Positions 19,849 to 32,067 of a stretch of 64,000 bases of DNA are shown one piece after another. The notes below the pieces were generated by a model. The model worked only from the letters and a program-made list of their open reading frames with translations, was not told where the DNA came from and did no database searches. How positions within the stretch are numbered: the stretch's first letter is position 1; the number at the start of each line of letters is the position of its first letter. Both the position numbers and the translations under genes were made by a program. Origin of the DNA: Escherichia coli (lineage in GTDB: Bacteria > Pseudomonadota > Gammaproteobacteria > Enterobacterales > Enterobacteriaceae); NCBI RefSeq assembly GCF_016026235.1, contig NZ_CP065613.1. One strand, written 5' to 3'.

Positions 19849-22800
19849 ATGAAGTTTTTACCCTATATTTTTCTTCTCTGTTGTGGTCTTTGGTCGACCA
19901 TAAGTTTCGCAGACGAAGATTACATCGAATATCGTGGCATCAGTAGTAACAACCGTGTCACACTTGATCCACTACGTCTGAGCAACAAGGAATTACGTTG
20001 GTTAGCGAGCAAAAAAAATCTTGTGATTGCAGTACACAAGTCCCAAACGGCTACGTTGTTGCATACCGATTCGCAGCAACGGGTTCGTGGTATTAATGCT
20101 GATTATTTAAATCTTTTAAAAAGAGCGTTAAATATCAAATTAACACTCCGGGAATACGCAGATCATCAAAAAGCAATGGACGCGCTGGAAGAAGGTGAAG
20201 TCGATATAGTGTTATCACATTTAGTTGCTTCGCCGCCTCTTAATGATGACATTGCTGCAACCAAACCACTGATAATTACCTTTCCGGCGCTGGTCACCAC
20301 CCTTCACGATTCAATGCGACCGCTTACCTCATCAAAACCAGTAAATATTGCTCGAGTAGCAAATTATCCCCCTGACGAGGTAATTCATCAATCATTTCCA
20401 AAAGCAACAATTATCTCTTTTACAAATTTATATCAGGCATTAGCATCCGTCTCAGCCGGACAGAATGATTACTTTATTGGTAGTAACATCATTACCAGCA
20501 GTATGATTTCCCGCTATTTCACTCACTCCTTAAATGTAGTGAAATATTATAACTCACCGCGTCAATATAACTTCTTCTTAACCAGAAAAGAATCTGTCAT
20601 TCTTAATGAAGTACTCAATCGATTTGTTGATGCTTTAACAAATGAAGTTCGCTATGAAGTATCACAAAATTGGCTTGATACAGGAAACCTGGCCTTTCTG
20701 AACAAGCCATTAGAACTCACTGAACATGAAAAACAGTGGATTAAGCAGCATCCCGATTTAAAGGTGCTGGAAAATCCTTACTCGCCCCCCTATTCTATGA
20801 CGGATGAAAATGGCTCGGTTCGGGGCGTTATGGGGGACATTCTTAATATTATTACCTTGCAAACAGGTTTAAATTTTTCTCCGATCACCGTTTCACACAA
20901 TATCCATGCTGGAACACAGCTGAATCCCGGCGAATGGGATATATTACCCGGTGCTATTTATAGTGAAGATAGAGAAAATAATGTTTTATTTGCTGAAGCC
21001 TTCATAACAACGCCTTACGTTTTTGTCATGCAAAAAGCGCCTGACAGTGAACAAACATTAAAAAAAGGAATGAAAGTTGCCATTCCATATTATTATGAGC
21101 TTCATTCGCAATTAAAAGAGATGTATCCGGAGGTAGAGTGGATAAAAGTCGATAACGCCAGCGCTGCATTTCACAAGGTCAAGGAAGGCGAACTTGATGC
21201 TCTGGTCGCGACACAGTTAAATTCACGTTACATGATCGACCATTACTATCCTAATGAACTTTATCATTTTCTTATTCCCGGCGTTCCGAATGCATCGCTT
21301 TCGTTCGCTTTTCCTCGCGGAGAACCGGAACTTAAGGATATTATTAATAAAGCACTGAATGCAATCCCCCCAAGCGAAGTTCTGCGCCTGACCGAAAAAT
21401 GGATTAAAATGCCCAATGTGACCATTGACACATGGGACCTCTATAGCGAGCAATTTTATATTGTTACGACATTATCCGTTTTATTAGTTGGCAGTAGCCT
21501 TTTATGGGGATTCTACCTGTTACGCTCAGTTCGTCGTCGTAAAGTCATTCAGGGTGATTTAGAAAACCAAATATCATTCCGGAAAGCGCTCTCGGACTCC
21601 TTACCGAATCCAACTTATGTTGTAAACTGGCAAGGTAATGTCATTAGTCACAATAGTGCATTTGAACATTATTTCACTGCTGATTACTACAAAAATGCAA
21701 TGTTGCCATTAGAAAACAGTGAATCCCCCTTTAAAGATGTTTTTTCTAATACGCATGAAGTCACAGCAGAGACGAAAGAAAACCGAACAATATACACACA
21801 GGTATTTGAAATTGATAATGGCATCGAGAAAAGATGCATTAATCACTGGCATACATTATGTAATCTGCCAGCCAGCGAACATGCTGTTTATATTTGTGGT
21901 TGGCAAGATATTACCGAGACGCGTGATTTAATTCATGCACTCGAAGTAGAGAGAAATAAAGCGATCAATGCAACTGTCGCAAAAAGTCAGTTTCTGGCAA
22001 CAATGAGTCACGAAATAAGAACACCAATAAGCTCCATTATGGGCTTCCTGGAACTTCTGTCGGGTTCTGGTCTTAGCAAGGAACAACGGGTGGAGGCGAT
22101 TTCACTTGCCTACGCCACCGGACAATCACTCCTCGGCTTAATTGGTGAAATCCTTGATGTCGACAAAATTGAATCGGGTAACTATCAACTTCAACCACAA
22201 TGGGTCGATATTCCTACTTTAGTCCAGAACACTTGTCACTCTTTCGGTGCGATTGCTGCAAGCAAATCGATCGCATTAAGTTGCAGCAGTACGTTTCCTG
22301 AACATTACCTGGTTAAGATCGACCCTCAGGCGTTTAAGCAGGTCTTATCAAATTTACTGAGTAATGCTCTCAAATTTACCACCGAGGGGGCAGTAAAAAT
22401 TACAACCGCCCTGGTTCACATTGATGACAACCACGCTGTAATCAAAATGACGATTATGGATTCTGGAAGTGGATTATCACAGGAAGAACAACAACAACTG
22501 TTTAAACGTTATAGCCAAACAAGTGCAGGTCGTCAGCAAACAGGTTCTGGTTTAGGCTTAATGATCTGCAAAGAATTAATTAAAAACATGCAGGGTGATT
22601 TGTCATTAGAAAGTCATCCAGGCATAGGAACAACATTTACGATCACAATCCCGGTAGAAATTATCCAACAAGTGGCGGCTGTCGAGGCAAAAGCAGAACA
22701 ACCTATCACACTACCTGAAAAGTTGAGCATATTAATCGCGGATGATCATCCGACCAACAGGCTATTACTCAAACGCCAGCTAAATCTATTAGGATATGAT

Positions 22801-23442
22801 GTTGACGAAGCCACTGATGGTGTGCAAGCGCTACACAAAGTCAGTATGCAACATTATGATCTGCTTATTACTGACGTTAATATGCCGAATATGGATGGTT
22901 TTGAGTTGACTCGCAAACTCCGTGAGCAAAATTCGTCCTTACCCATCTGGGGGCTTACAGCCAACGCACAGGCTAACGAACGTGAAAAAGGGTTAAATTG
23001 CGGCATGAACTTATGTTTGTTCAAACCGTTGACCCTGGATGTACTGAAAACACATTTAAGTCAGTTACACCAGGTTGCGCATATTGCACCTCAGTATCGC
23101 CACCTTGATATCGAAGCCCTGAAAAATAATACGGCGAACGATCTACAACTGATGCAGGAGATTCTCATGACTTTCCAGCATGAAACGCATAAAGATCTAC
23201 CCGCTGCGTTTCATGCACTAGAAGCTGGCGATAATAGAACTTTCCATCAGTGTATTCATCGCATCCACGGTGCGGCTAACATCCTGAATTTGCAAAAGTT
23301 GATTAATATTAGCCATCAGTTAGAAATAACACCTGTTTCAGATGACAGTAAGCCTGAAATTCTTCAGCTGCTGAACTCTGTAAAAGAACACATTGCAGAG
23401 CTGGACCAGGAAATTGCTGTTTTCTGTCAGCAAAATGACTAA
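19849..23442 (+). CDS. evgS: EvgS hybrid sensor histidine kinase (periplasmic domains, HK, receiver, HPt)
   Basis: 1197-aa ORF with H-box ...TMSHEIRTPISSIMGF..., receiver ...ILIADDHPTNRLL... Confidence 0.95.
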   Translation: MKFLPYIFLLCCGLWSTISFADEDYIEYRGISSNNRVTLDPLRLSNKELRWLASKKNLVIAVHKSQTATLLHTDSQQRVRGINADYLNLLKRALNIKLTLREYADHQKAMDALEEGEVDIVLSHLVASPPLNDDIAATKPLIITFPALVTTLHDSMRPLTSSKPVNIARVANYPPDEVIHQSFPKATIISFTNLYQALASVSAGQNDYFIGSNIITSSMISRYFTHSLNVVKYYNSPRQYNFFLTRKESVILNEVLNRFVDALTNEVRYEVSQNWLDTGNLAFLNKPLELTEHEKQWIKQHPDLKVLENPYSPPYSMTDENGSVRGVMGDILNIITLQTGLNFSPITVSHNIHAGTQLNPGEWDILPGAIYSEDRENNVLFAEAFITTPYVFVMQKAPDSEQTLKKGMKVAIPYYYELHSQLKEMYPEVEWIKVDNASAAFHKVKEGELDALVATQLNSRYMIDHYYPNELYHFLIPGVPNASLSFAFPRGEPELKDIINKALNAIPPSEVLRLTEKWIKMPNVTIDTWDLYSEQFYIVTTLSVLLVGSSLLWGFYLLRSVRRRKVIQGDLENQISFRKALSDSLPNPTYVVNWQGNVISHNSAFEHYFTADYYKNAMLPLENSESPFKDVFSNTHEVTAETKENRTIYTQVFEIDNGIEKRCINHWHTLCNLPASEHAVYICGWQDITETRDLIHALEVERNKAINATVAKSQFLATMSHEIRTPISSIMGFLELLSGSGLSKEQRVEAISLAYATGQSLLGLIGEILDVDKIESGNYQLQPQWVDIPTLVQNTCHSFGAIAASKSIALSCSSTFPEHYLVKIDPQAFKQVLSNLLSNALKFTTEGAVKITTALVHIDDNHAVIKMTIMDSGSGLSQEEQQQLFKRYSQTSAGRQQTGSGLGLMICKELIKNMQGDLSLESHPGIGTTFTITIPVEIIQQVAAVEAKAEQPITLPEKLSILIADDHPTNRLLLKRQLNLLGYDVDEATDGVQALHKVSMQHYDLLITDVNMPNMDGFELTRKLREQNSSLPIWGLTANAQANEREKGLNCGMNLCLFKPLTLDVLKTHLSQLHQVAHIAPQYRHLDIEALKNNTANDLQLMQEILMTFQHETHKDLPAAFHALEAGDNRTFHQCIHRIHGAANILNLQKLINISHQLEITPVSDDSKPEILQLLNSVKEHIAELDQEIAVFCQQND

Positions 23443-23456
23443 ATAGCGGCTCCCAC

Positions 23457-23483
23457 AATGTTCAAATGTGGGAGCTATTTACC
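23457..23483. terminator. Hairpin GCTCCCACA-N9-TGTGGGAGC between convergent evgS and yfdE
   Basis: Perfect 9-bp inverted repeat read from sequence. Confidence 0.55.
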
Positions 23484-23497
23484 AGCACATCTTACAT

Positions 23498-24643
23498 TTA
23501 TGATGAGAACTCCTGGCGAATTTGCTCCCCATGCTGGTCGAGCGTTGCCGCTCCCGGCATAACATGCGGGTCCGCGCAGCCACTGATTTTTATCGGATTA
23601 CCCGGCATCATTATTCCCCCGGCTTCAATCAACATATTTCTCGCCTGAGTTTGTGGCAAATTAATGGCCTCAGCCACACTTAATAACGGCGCGACGGGCA
23701 CACCAACTTCATGTATTCTGGCTAACCAAACTTCAGCTGCCTGTGTTTTTAACGTCCGCTCAATATATTGTTTAAGAATAGCCTGGTTTTGTACGCGTAA
23801 AATATTGCTGCTAAATCGGGGATCATTAACCAGTTCTGTAAGCTCCAGTGCCTGGCATAACGCAGAAAAAAGCTTGTCATTACCACAACAAATCGTAATC
23901 GACTTATCCTGAGTATCAAAAACATCAAAAGGTGCCATGTAGGGATGGCGATTTCCCAGGCGTTGTGGTGACTTCCCTGTCGCAATATATGCCATCAGAC
24001 CATGCTCCAGAAAACTCAGCGTGGCATCAAACATCGCTATATCGACATGCGCCCCTCTCTGGCTCTTTTCGCGGCCATAAAGTGCACTCACTATTCCGCT
24101 GAATAAATAGACACCGCCGCATAGATCCGCAAGAGAGGTACCAACACGCACTGGCGGAGCATCAGGGTACCCTGTTTCCATCATTATCCCGCTCATTGCC
24201 TGAATGATGGTATCGTAGGCAGGAGCATCTTTTAGCGGACCGGTATGTCCGAAACCTGACGATGAAGCATATATGAGGCGCGGGTTGATTTCTTGTAACC
24301 TTTCCCATGAAAACCCCAGTTTTTCCATTGTACCTGGGCGAAAATTCTCAGCTAATACATCAGCTTGTTTAAGCATATTTATAAATATACTTTTATCGTG
24401 ATCATTCTTTAGATCAAGAACCACACTCTCTTTGCCATGATTATTAAAACTGTAATAGAGTGACTGTCCATCCACATAGGGGCCAAATGTGCGGGTATCA
24501 TCACCATGACCCGGCGGCTCAACTTTAATTACCCTTGCGCCCATATTACAAAGAAGTTGAGTTCCGAAAGGCCCATTAAGGACATGCGTCATATCGATAA
24601 CTAATAAGCCTTCAAACGGCCCTTTGCTTTCATTATTTGTCAT
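23498..24643 (-). CDS. yfdE: YfdE acetyl-CoA:oxalate CoA-transferase (family III CoA-transferase), 381 aa
   Basis: ORF trimmed to MTNNESKGPFEGLLVIDMTHVLNGPFGTQLLCNMGARVIKVEPP... Confidence 0.9.
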   Translation of the reverse strand: MTNNESKGPFEGLLVIDMTHVLNGPFGTQLLCNMGARVIKVEPPGHGDDTRTFGPYVDGQSLYYSFNNHGKESVVLDLKNDHDKSIFINMLKQADVLAENFRPGTMEKLGFSWERLQEINPRLIYASSSGFGHTGPLKDAPAYDTIIQAMSGIMMETGYPDAPPVRVGTSLADLCGGVYLFSGIVSALYGREKSQRGAHVDIAMFDATLSFLEHGLMAYIATGKSPQRLGNRHPYMAPFDVFDTQDKSITICCGNDKLFSALCQALELTELVNDPRFSSNILRVQNQAILKQYIERTLKTQAAEVWLARIHEVGVPVAPLLSVAEAINLPQTQARNMLIEAGGIMMPGNPIKISGCADPHVMPGAATLDQHGEQIRQEFSS

Positions 24644-24716
24644 TTGCTTATGCCTTGAAAAAAGCCGAAGGTGAAAAGACACTTCGGCATTTATGTAAAA
24701 TCAATAACATGATTAA

Positions 24717-25661
24717 TTATGAAACCAGTCGACTGACATAAATCCACAAGGGAGCCGTGACGACAAAACCCAGTACGCTCACAGCCAATGACGCTGTACC
24801 AGTGCGGGTGTAGACATTAAACCGGCTGGCAATAATGATTCCGGAGAATGCCGGCGGTAATGCGCCTGCCAGTACCATCATCTGCAGATGTTCGCTGTTC
24901 AAATGACATGCCATACCAACAAGAAGCAGCGCCAGTGGCATCAGAATCAGCTTCAGGAAGGTGTTATAAGCAATTTCGGCACTGAACTCGAATTTATGTG
25001 CAGCCAGAGTCAACCCCGCAGCGAATACCGCTACCCCTGAGTTAGCCTTCGCAATCAGATTAAAGGTTGGGTCCCATGCTGCCGGAATTTTTACCCCAAC
25101 CAGCACCAGGATCGTTGCCAGAACAGGTGCCCATACTACAGGCTCCTTTGCCGCAGAAATTAATGCGCTCAGATTACTATTCTTCTTACCATCCGCTCCT
25201 GAGGAAGGATTCAGCAAATACAGACCAATAGGAATAGTAATTGCGTTAACAATAATAGAAATAATTGCTACAACTAAACCTGTTGATACGGAATCACCAT
25301 AAATAGGGTCGAGAACTGCAAATCCCAGGAATCCAATAGTAGGTGAACCTGCAATTAATGCACATACAGCTGCTTCTGCATGAGTACGTTTAAAAAATTT
25401 GTAGCAACCGAACCAGGAGAAAAAGAAACATCCGACAATAACCACAAGTGATACAAGGGTCAGACGAGTGTCCGCAAAAATCATTTCCCTGTTTGCCCGG
25501 GTAATAGAAACAAATAGGGCTGCAGGAAGCGCGTAGTTTAATACCAGTTTATTAAATGCCCGGGCTTGATCTTCTGAAAATGTTTCTCGTCTGCCGCTAA
25601 AATAACCCAACAGCATGATTACGATAATAGGCAATAAATCGCCAATAAAAAATGTTAGCAT
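24717..25661 (-). CDS. yfdV: YfdV transporter (auxin-efflux-carrier family)
   Basis: 314-aa hydrophobic [31 protein letters not shown]... Confidence 0.9.
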
Positions 25662-25730
25662 AATAGTATTTCCGATAAGGGTCCCCTCACCATCGCATAA
25701 TGAGTTGGCAAGAGGAGACGATGTCAGTAT

Positions 25731-27425
25731 TTAATTACCAGCGACTTGTTTTGGGTTAAGTTTGGTAATATGGCCACTTTCAGTTCCTGCTGCAGGGTCG
25801 ATGACCACGTTAATAATGGTCGGTTTGCGCGACTGAATACCGGTGGTTAAAGCATGACGAAGTTCATCTGTCGTGGTTACGTTATAGCCAACGCCACGAA
25901 ACGCATCCATTAATTTGTCATACCTTGCATGGTGCAACAGATCTGTTGGTGATGGTGCACCAGCGCCACTGAGATCAACACCGTCTCCTCTGTAGATGCC
26001 GCCATTATTAAAAATAACGATCGTCACCGGCAGGTTATATCGACAAATCGTTTCAATCTCCATCCCACTGAAACCAAAAGCACTATCACCTTCAATGGCG
26101 ACAACCGGAGAACCAGAGGTCACGCTAGCACCGATGGCATAGCCCATACCGATGCCCATGACACCCCAGGTACCACAATCCAGACGACGACGTGGTTTAT
26201 ACATATCAATAATATTTCGTGCATTATCCAGGGTATTTGCACCTTCATTAACTAAATAAATATCCTGGTTCTCACGCAATACATCGCGCACAGCACTTAA
26301 TGCATTAAAGTAATTTAATGGTTGGGTATCTGTACTTAATTTTTCATGCATTTTTTGTGCATTTTGCTGCTTGTGGATATTTAAAATATCGCGCCATACC
26401 AGTGGAGTCGTAAATGTGTTTTGTTTCAGTTCTGCCAGCATACCTTGCATACTGGATGCAATATCGCCAACGACTGGCACAGCAATGGGGCGGTTGCTGT
26501 CAATTTCCTGCGGTTCAATATCCAGTTGAATAAACTGTGTATCTGCCGCCCATCCTTTTTTACCGTGTGCCAGTAACCAATTCAGTCGTGCACCAACAAG
26601 CATGACAACGTCAGCATTTGCCAGGGCAAACGAACGCGCAGCTGCCGCAGAAAGTGGATGCGTATCTTCGAGGATCCCTTTCGCCATAGACATTGGCAGG
26701 AATGGAATCTGGGCACTTTCAATAAATTCACGAAGCTGTTCGTCAGCTTGTGAATACGCCGCGCCTTTGCCAAGGATAATTAATGGCCGTTCAGCTTTTG
26801 CTAAAAGCGAAATTGCGCTAGTGACTGACTTCGGGCATGGCAATAATGCTGGCGACGGATTTTCAACTTTTACAATCGTGGTTAACGCTTCGTCTTTTTC
26901 CATCGTCGCGGCCAGGACATTTGCTGGCAAATCAAGATAAACTCCGCCAGGGCGACCCGATACTGAGACCCGGATAGCGCGTGCCAATGCAATGCCAAGA
27001 TCCTGCGGCTGATTAACGCGAAATGCAGCTTTGGCATACGATTTTGCCGCATTCATTTGGTCCAGCTCTTCATAATCACCTTGCTGTAGGTCGACGATCG
27101 CGCGGTCGCTGGAGCCGCTAATCATGATCATCGGAAAACCATTTACCGTTGCGTTGGCCAATGCGGTCAAACCATTGAGGAATCCTGGCGCAGACACTGT
27201 CAGGCAGATCCCTGGTTTTTGGGTAAGAAAACCGCTTGCCGCAGCGGCATAGCCTGCCGACTGCTCATGACGAAAACCAATATAACGAATGCCTTCCGCC
27301 TGGGCATGGCGCGCCATATCCGTCACAGGAATACCTACAACACCATAAATAGTGTCAATATTATTCTGTTTTAATGCTTCAACGATGATATGCATACCAT
27401 CTGTCATTTGAAGTTGATCTGACAT
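25731..27425 (-). CDS. oxc: Oxalyl-CoA decarboxylase (ThDP-dependent)
   Basis: 564-aa ORF MSDQLQMTDGMHIIVEALKQNNIDTIYGVVGIPVTDMARHAQAEGIRYIGFRHEQSAGYAAAA... Confidence 0.95.
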   Translation of the reverse strand: MSDQLQMTDGMHIIVEALKQNNIDTIYGVVGIPVTDMARHAQAEGIRYIGFRHEQSAGYAAAASGFLTQKPGICLTVSAPGFLNGLTALANATVNGFPMIMISGSSDRAIVDLQQGDYEELDQMNAAKSYAKAAFRVNQPQDLGIALARAIRVSVSGRPGGVYLDLPANVLAATMEKDEALTTIVKVENPSPALLPCPKSVTSAISLLAKAERPLIILGKGAAYSQADEQLREFIESAQIPFLPMSMAKGILEDTHPLSAAAARSFALANADVVMLVGARLNWLLAHGKKGWAADTQFIQLDIEPQEIDSNRPIAVPVVGDIASSMQGMLAELKQNTFTTPLVWRDILNIHKQQNAQKMHEKLSTDTQPLNYFNALSAVRDVLRENQDIYLVNEGANTLDNARNIIDMYKPRRRLDCGTWGVMGIGMGYAIGASVTSGSPVVAIEGDSAFGFSGMEIETICRYNLPVTIVIFNNGGIYRGDGVDLSGAGAPSPTDLLHHARYDKLMDAFRGVGYNVTTTDELRHALTTGIQSRKPTIINVVIDPAAGTESGHITKLNPKQVAGN

Positions 27426-27478
27426 GATTAATAACCTCGAAATTTTTATAAATTGGGAGCCAGAAGCCCCCGTTAATA

Positions 27479-28729
27479 TCAGATGGCGTGGTTTTGCTTC
27501 ATTGCAGCAATTTCATCGTCGCTATAACCCAGCTCCTGCAATACAGCAGCGGTATGTTCACCTAATAGCGGCGCAGCTTTAATATCCGGCGTAAAGTCAG
27601 AGAATTTCATTGGACAACCAACTGTCAGATATTTTCCACGCAACGGTTGTTCCACTTCGACAACACTGCCACTTTGGCGCAAAGAGGGATCAAGTGAAAT
27701 TTCTTTCATACTTAAAACCGGTGCACAAGGAATATCAAATTGAGTCAAATAGGCCACCGCTTCATGTTTATCAATAGTGACAGTGTATTTTTCGATTTCA
27801 GCAAAAATATCGAAAATATGTGGCTGTCGGGCATGGGCTGTACTGTATGCCGGATCGGTAATCCAATCTGGTTTGCCGATGGCTTTACAGGTGTTTTCCC
27901 AGTTTTGCTCCTGAATAGTGAAATAAATATAGGCGTTAGGATCGGTTTCCCAGCCTTTACATTTCAGGATCCAGCCAGGCTGACCGCCACCACCCGCATT
28001 ACCTCCGCGGGGAACTGCATCACCAAATGTGCCATTCGGATACTGCGGGTATTCTTCCAGATAACCCAATTTATCGAGACGCTGCTGGTCGCGTAATTTC
28101 ACGCGGCAAAGGTTCAATACGGCATCCTGCATTGACATGGTGACTCGTTGCCCACGCCCCGTTTTTTCGCGATGCAGCAAAGCAGCAAGTAAACCGATCA
28201 GTAAATGCATTCCGGTGTTGCTGTCTCCTAACGCTGCAGCGCTTACCAGCGGCGGACCGTCCCAAAAACCCGTAGTGGATGCCGCGCCACCCGCTGCCTG
28301 AGCAACGTTTTCATAGGCTTTTACATTCACATAAGGCGAACACTCATCAAACCCTTTGATCGAACCAAAAATCAGACGTGGATTGATTTCTTGAATATGC
28401 TCCCAGGTGAAACCCATGTGATCAATGGCCCCTGGATGAAAGTTCTCGACTAAGATATCAGCTTCGCGGATCAGCTTTTCCATTACCTCTTTGCCTTCCG
28501 CTGTTTTGGTATTTAACTCAATAGAACGTTTGTTACTGTTAAGCATGGTGAAGTAAAGCGCATCGATATCAGGAATATCTCGCAGCTGGTGACGCGTTAC
28601 GTCACCAACGCCGGGGCGTTCAATTTTAATGACGTCAGCGCCAAACCAGGCCAGCATTTGAGTACAAGATGGGCCAGATTGCACACCGGTGAAATCGAGA
28701 ACTTTAATTCCTTGAAGTGGAGTTGACAT
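27479..28729 (-). CDS. frc: Formyl-CoA:oxalate CoA-transferase
   Basis: 416-aa [49 protein letters not shown]... Confidence 0.95.
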   Translation of the reverse strand: MSTPLQGIKVLDFTGVQSGPSCTQMLAWFGADVIKIERPGVGDVTRHQLRDIPDIDALYFTMLNSNKRSIELNTKTAEGKEVMEKLIREADILVENFHPGAIDHMGFTWEHIQEINPRLIFGSIKGFDECSPYVNVKAYENVAQAAGGAASTTGFWDGPPLVSAAALGDSNTGMHLLIGLLAALLHREKTGRGQRVTMSMQDAVLNLCRVKLRDQQRLDKLGYLEEYPQYPNGTFGDAVPRGGNAGGGGQPGWILKCKGWETDPNAYIYFTIQEQNWENTCKAIGKPDWITDPAYSTAHARQPHIFDIFAEIEKYTVTIDKHEAVAYLTQFDIPCAPVLSMKEISLDPSLRQSGSVVEVEQPLRGKYLTVGCPMKFSDFTPDIKAAPLLGEHTAAVLQELGYSDDEIAAMKQNHAI

Positions 28730-29240
28730 AGCAATACCTATTAGTTAATTAAATATGTGTTAATTTAGCGTTTATTTAAGGCATAACGCCTCTATAAATA
28801 ATCCGCAAAATATCGTCGTAGCGGCACTCGATATTTTTACATTCCTGTATCAAGTACTGAAAATCATTTCATCGCCACTTCCAATTCCTTTCTGCATGGT
28901 AAGTAGTGAGGACGAAAAGAAGAATATGATAAATATTGCTTCGCGGTAATCAGAGAGAGCCGCGAGATTTGTGATGTTATTCTTACAACTGTAAGAAGCG
29001 CCGGTGATTTACAAGAAAGGGTATGATTACGCTTTTTAAAGCGTACCATAAAATATAACATAATAAATGATTTGTGATGACGCGGGATTATTACGGTTTA
29101 CTTTGAGGAATATAAAATGCGAGTTTATAGCAGCGCGAGCGCCAAATAATTTTATGACCACAACCTGTCGTATTGTGGTCATAAAAAATTGTCGGCTGGA
29201 GGGAGTTAAATCCTTTACCTCAATATACTGCCTGTCAGCA

Positions 29241-29876
29241 TTAGTTCACAAACAGTGCTTCGCTATCGACGATGATTCCATCTTCCGCACCTTTAAGCGC
29301 CAGGTTTGCCTCGTAGTATTGCTTTTTATCAAGCAGTTTCTGCGCATCAGCAAGTGCATTACGAGTCTGTTTAAGCGGCATCAGATATTGGTTTTCCATT
29401 ACACCAACACCGGCCAGGCGAAGCTCTTCCATTGCGCCCTTTTTATCCCCTTTCGCCATTTTTTCATTGGCAATTTTTATCGCGGCTTCTTTTTCGGGTG
29501 TCGCTACATAACTCTCAGAAATTCCGACAGATGCATTAATGACAATATATTGGTCATCATTGACATTGGTCTTTTTACCTGGCTTAGCGAACTTTGCCCA
29601 TTCGGTACTGTCATCTGACAACAAAGCTGAAGCTTCATTGGTCAGTTCTTTTGCCTTTTCCGGATCGCCATGAAACAGAGCCAGGCGCGCTACCTGCACG
29701 TCACGCATCGCATATAAACCTTGTTCAGAGATACGCTCTGCTGCCGCTGCCGTTTTCTGGGTTTGCTGAACTTGCTGAGTTTGCTGTTGTGCCGCTACCG
29801 GTGCATTATCAGCAGCCCATACAGTTGAAGATGCCAGAATTGCTGTGACCATCGTAGCCATAATTAAACGTTTCAT
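29241..29876 (-). CDS. yfdX: YfdX periplasmic protein (EvgA-regulated in E. coli)
   Basis: 211-aa [44 protein letters not shown]... with signal peptide. Confidence 0.9.
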
Positions 29877-30171
29877 ACTTACCTCATTCTTTAACAGTTT
29901 TAGAAAACGCCGCCATCATATTGGGTGAGCATGAAATGAGAAATCAGAGAGCAACGGTCATTTTGAAAGGGTTATCTTACAGTTGTAGTTATTATCGCAA
30001 GAAGTATTTTAGTCTTACAATTGTAGGAATATGCTTCCTGTCACAGAGAACTATTCTTATGTACCACAAAGAGATGTCATTTATTATATCGATGTAAATA
30101 TTGATTAATTATATGTAAATACAGCCATAACATCGTACATTCTCAGTGAACCATTTTCAGGATAACTTTCT

Positions 30172-30447
30172 ATGAAAGTAAACTTAATACTTTTTAGCTT
30201 ATTTTTATTGGTATCTATTATGGCATGCAATGTTTTTGCATTTTCTAATTCTGGTGGTGGTAGTGAGACGAGCTATAAAGAGCCAGAAAAAACGTCAGCG
30301 ATGACGACAACTCACTCTACAAAATTTCAGCCATCACAGGCGATTTTGTTTAAGATGAGAGAAGATGCACCACCATTAAACCTCACAGAAGAAACCACGC
30401 CCCCTTTTCCGACAAAGGCGAGTTATCTTATTCATCCTGTGCGATAG
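30172..30447 (+). CDS. ypdI: YpdI lipoprotein
   Basis: 91-aa ORF MKVNLILFSLFLLVSIMACNVFAFSNSGGGSE... with lipobox MAC. Confidence 0.8.
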   Translation: MKVNLILFSLFLLVSIMACNVFAFSNSGGGSETSYKEPEKTSAMTTTHSTKFQPSQAILFKMREDAPPLNLTEETTPPFPTKASYLIHPVR

Positions 30448-30523
30448 CGTCTGTCACATGGCAGGTGAGCAATCATGTCTGATGCTGATGTGAACACCTG
30501 CCCAAATGAGCCATCCTGACCCA

Positions 30524-30766
30524 CTACCGCCTGCCATACCCCACCATAAAGCGAATCATCAAGCCACAAGCCGGGGCAAGAAACATAAATATCCCCGTCA
30601 CCAGTTCATTACCGCCTGTTAACCACATGGTGAAGTAATAAATGAGTGCAGCGAGGATCACCATGCCGAAGAAAGAAGAGACCGCCGATACCACGTTCAG
30701 TACCTGACCGATGTAGCCGCTTACGCAGACAATACACAGGGCGAGAAACATCCATAAATAAATCAT
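30524..30766 (-). CDS. yfdY: YfdY small inner-membrane protein
   Basis: 80-aa hydrophobic ORF MIYLWMFLALCIVCVSGYIGQVLNVV... Confidence 0.8.
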   Translation of the reverse strand: MIYLWMFLALCIVCVSGYIGQVLNVVSAVSSFFGMVILAALIYYFTMWLTGGNELVTGIFMFLAPACGLMIRFMVGYGRR

Positions 30767-31118
30767 AGCTCAACCTCCTGCCGCGCTAAAAAACCTGTAA
30801 CTTCAGTCACTTTAATAGTAAGACAATCCTTAACCTCTGGCAATTTTTGCTAAGCATCAATGAAAACAGCATGTTAAATGCAAGACTGTTGTGTACGGAA
30901 AAATATTTACTTTGCACGATTAATAATCAGTAGCTGAAAGCAGTCAGCGAGTGATAAAGTACAGATACCGCATTCATGCTCCTCGTGGTTATGTCCTGAC
31001 TAGTCTTTACACTCTTTACAGGAACCATTGTCGTACATGATGGCCTAATCAATTGAGTGTACCGCTGTCGACATGGAATCTTCTGCGATACAACAATTCG
31101 TATCTACAGAAGGTAACT

Positions 31119-32039
31119 ATGTTTCCACAATGCAAATTTTCCCGCGAGTTTCTGCATCCTCGCTACTGGCTCACATGGTTTGGGCTTGGTGTACTCTGGC
31201 TTTGGGTACAGCTTCCTTATCCTGTTCTCTGCTTTCTCGGCACGCGTATTGGCGCAATGGCGCGACCATTCCTGAAACGGCGTGAATCTATCGCCCGTAA
31301 AAACCTGGAACTTTGCTTCCCGCAGCATTCTGCGGAAGAACGCGAGAAGATGATTGCCGAAAACTTTCGTTCACTCGGCATGGCGTTGGTAGAAACCGGC
31401 ATGGCGTGGTTCTGGCCAGACAGTCGCGTACGTAAATGGTTTGATGTTGAAGGGCTGGATAACCTTAAACGCGCACAAATGCAAAATCGCGGCGTAATGG
31501 TTGTCGGCGTCCATTTTATGTCACTGGAACTGGGCGGCCGCGTGATGGGACTTTGTCAGCCAATGATGGCTACCTATCGTCCACATAATAATCAGCTGAT
31601 GGAATGGGTGCAGACCCGTGGTCGCATGCGCTCTAACAAAGCGATGATCGGCAGAAATAATCTGCGCGGCATTGTCAGTGCACTGAAGAAAGGTGAAGCG
31701 GTATGGTTTGCTCCCGATCAGGATTATGGTCGTAAAGGCAGCTCCTTCGCGCCGTTCTTTGCGGTAGAAAATGTCGCCACAACCAATGGCACCTATGTTC
31801 TCTCCCGTCTCTCTGGCGCAGCCATGTTGACCGTAACGATGGTAAGAAAAGCGGATTACAGCGGATATCGTTTGTTCATCACCCCAGAGATGGAAGGCTA
31901 CCCGACAGATGAAAATCAAGCCGCTGCCTATATGAACAAGATTATCGAGAAAGAGATCATGCGCGCACCGGAGCAGTACCTCTGGATCCACCGTCGCTTT
32001 AAAACGCGCCCGGTGGGAGAATCGTCGTTATACATTTAA
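31119..32039 (+). CDS. lpxP: LpxP palmitoleoyl-ACP lipid A acyltransferase (cold-induced), 306 aa
   Basis: ORF trimmed to MFPQCKFSREFLHPRYWLTWFGLGVLWLWVQLPYPVLCFLGTRIG... Confidence 0.9.
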   Translation: MFPQCKFSREFLHPRYWLTWFGLGVLWLWVQLPYPVLCFLGTRIGAMARPFLKRRESIARKNLELCFPQHSAEEREKMIAENFRSLGMALVETGMAWFWPDSRVRKWFDVEGLDNLKRAQMQNRGVMVVGVHFMSLELGGRVMGLCQPMMATYRPHNNQLMEWVQTRGRMRSNKAMIGRNNLRGIVSALKKGEAVWFAPDQDYGRKGSSFAPFFAVENVATTNGTYVLSRLSGAAMLTVTMVRKADYSGYRLFITPEMEGYPTDENQAAAYMNKIIEKEIMRAPEQYLWIHRRFKTRPVGESSLYI

Positions 32040-32067
32040 CAAACTGCTCTGACTCTTTACCTCCTCA

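Noticed and set aside
29154-29182. 10-bp inverted repeat ATGACCACAA-N9-TTGTGGTCAT downstream of yfdX
   Set aside because: It could be a terminator or a regulator site, but there is no clear U-tract on the yfdX strand and no second copy, so I did not report it as a feature.
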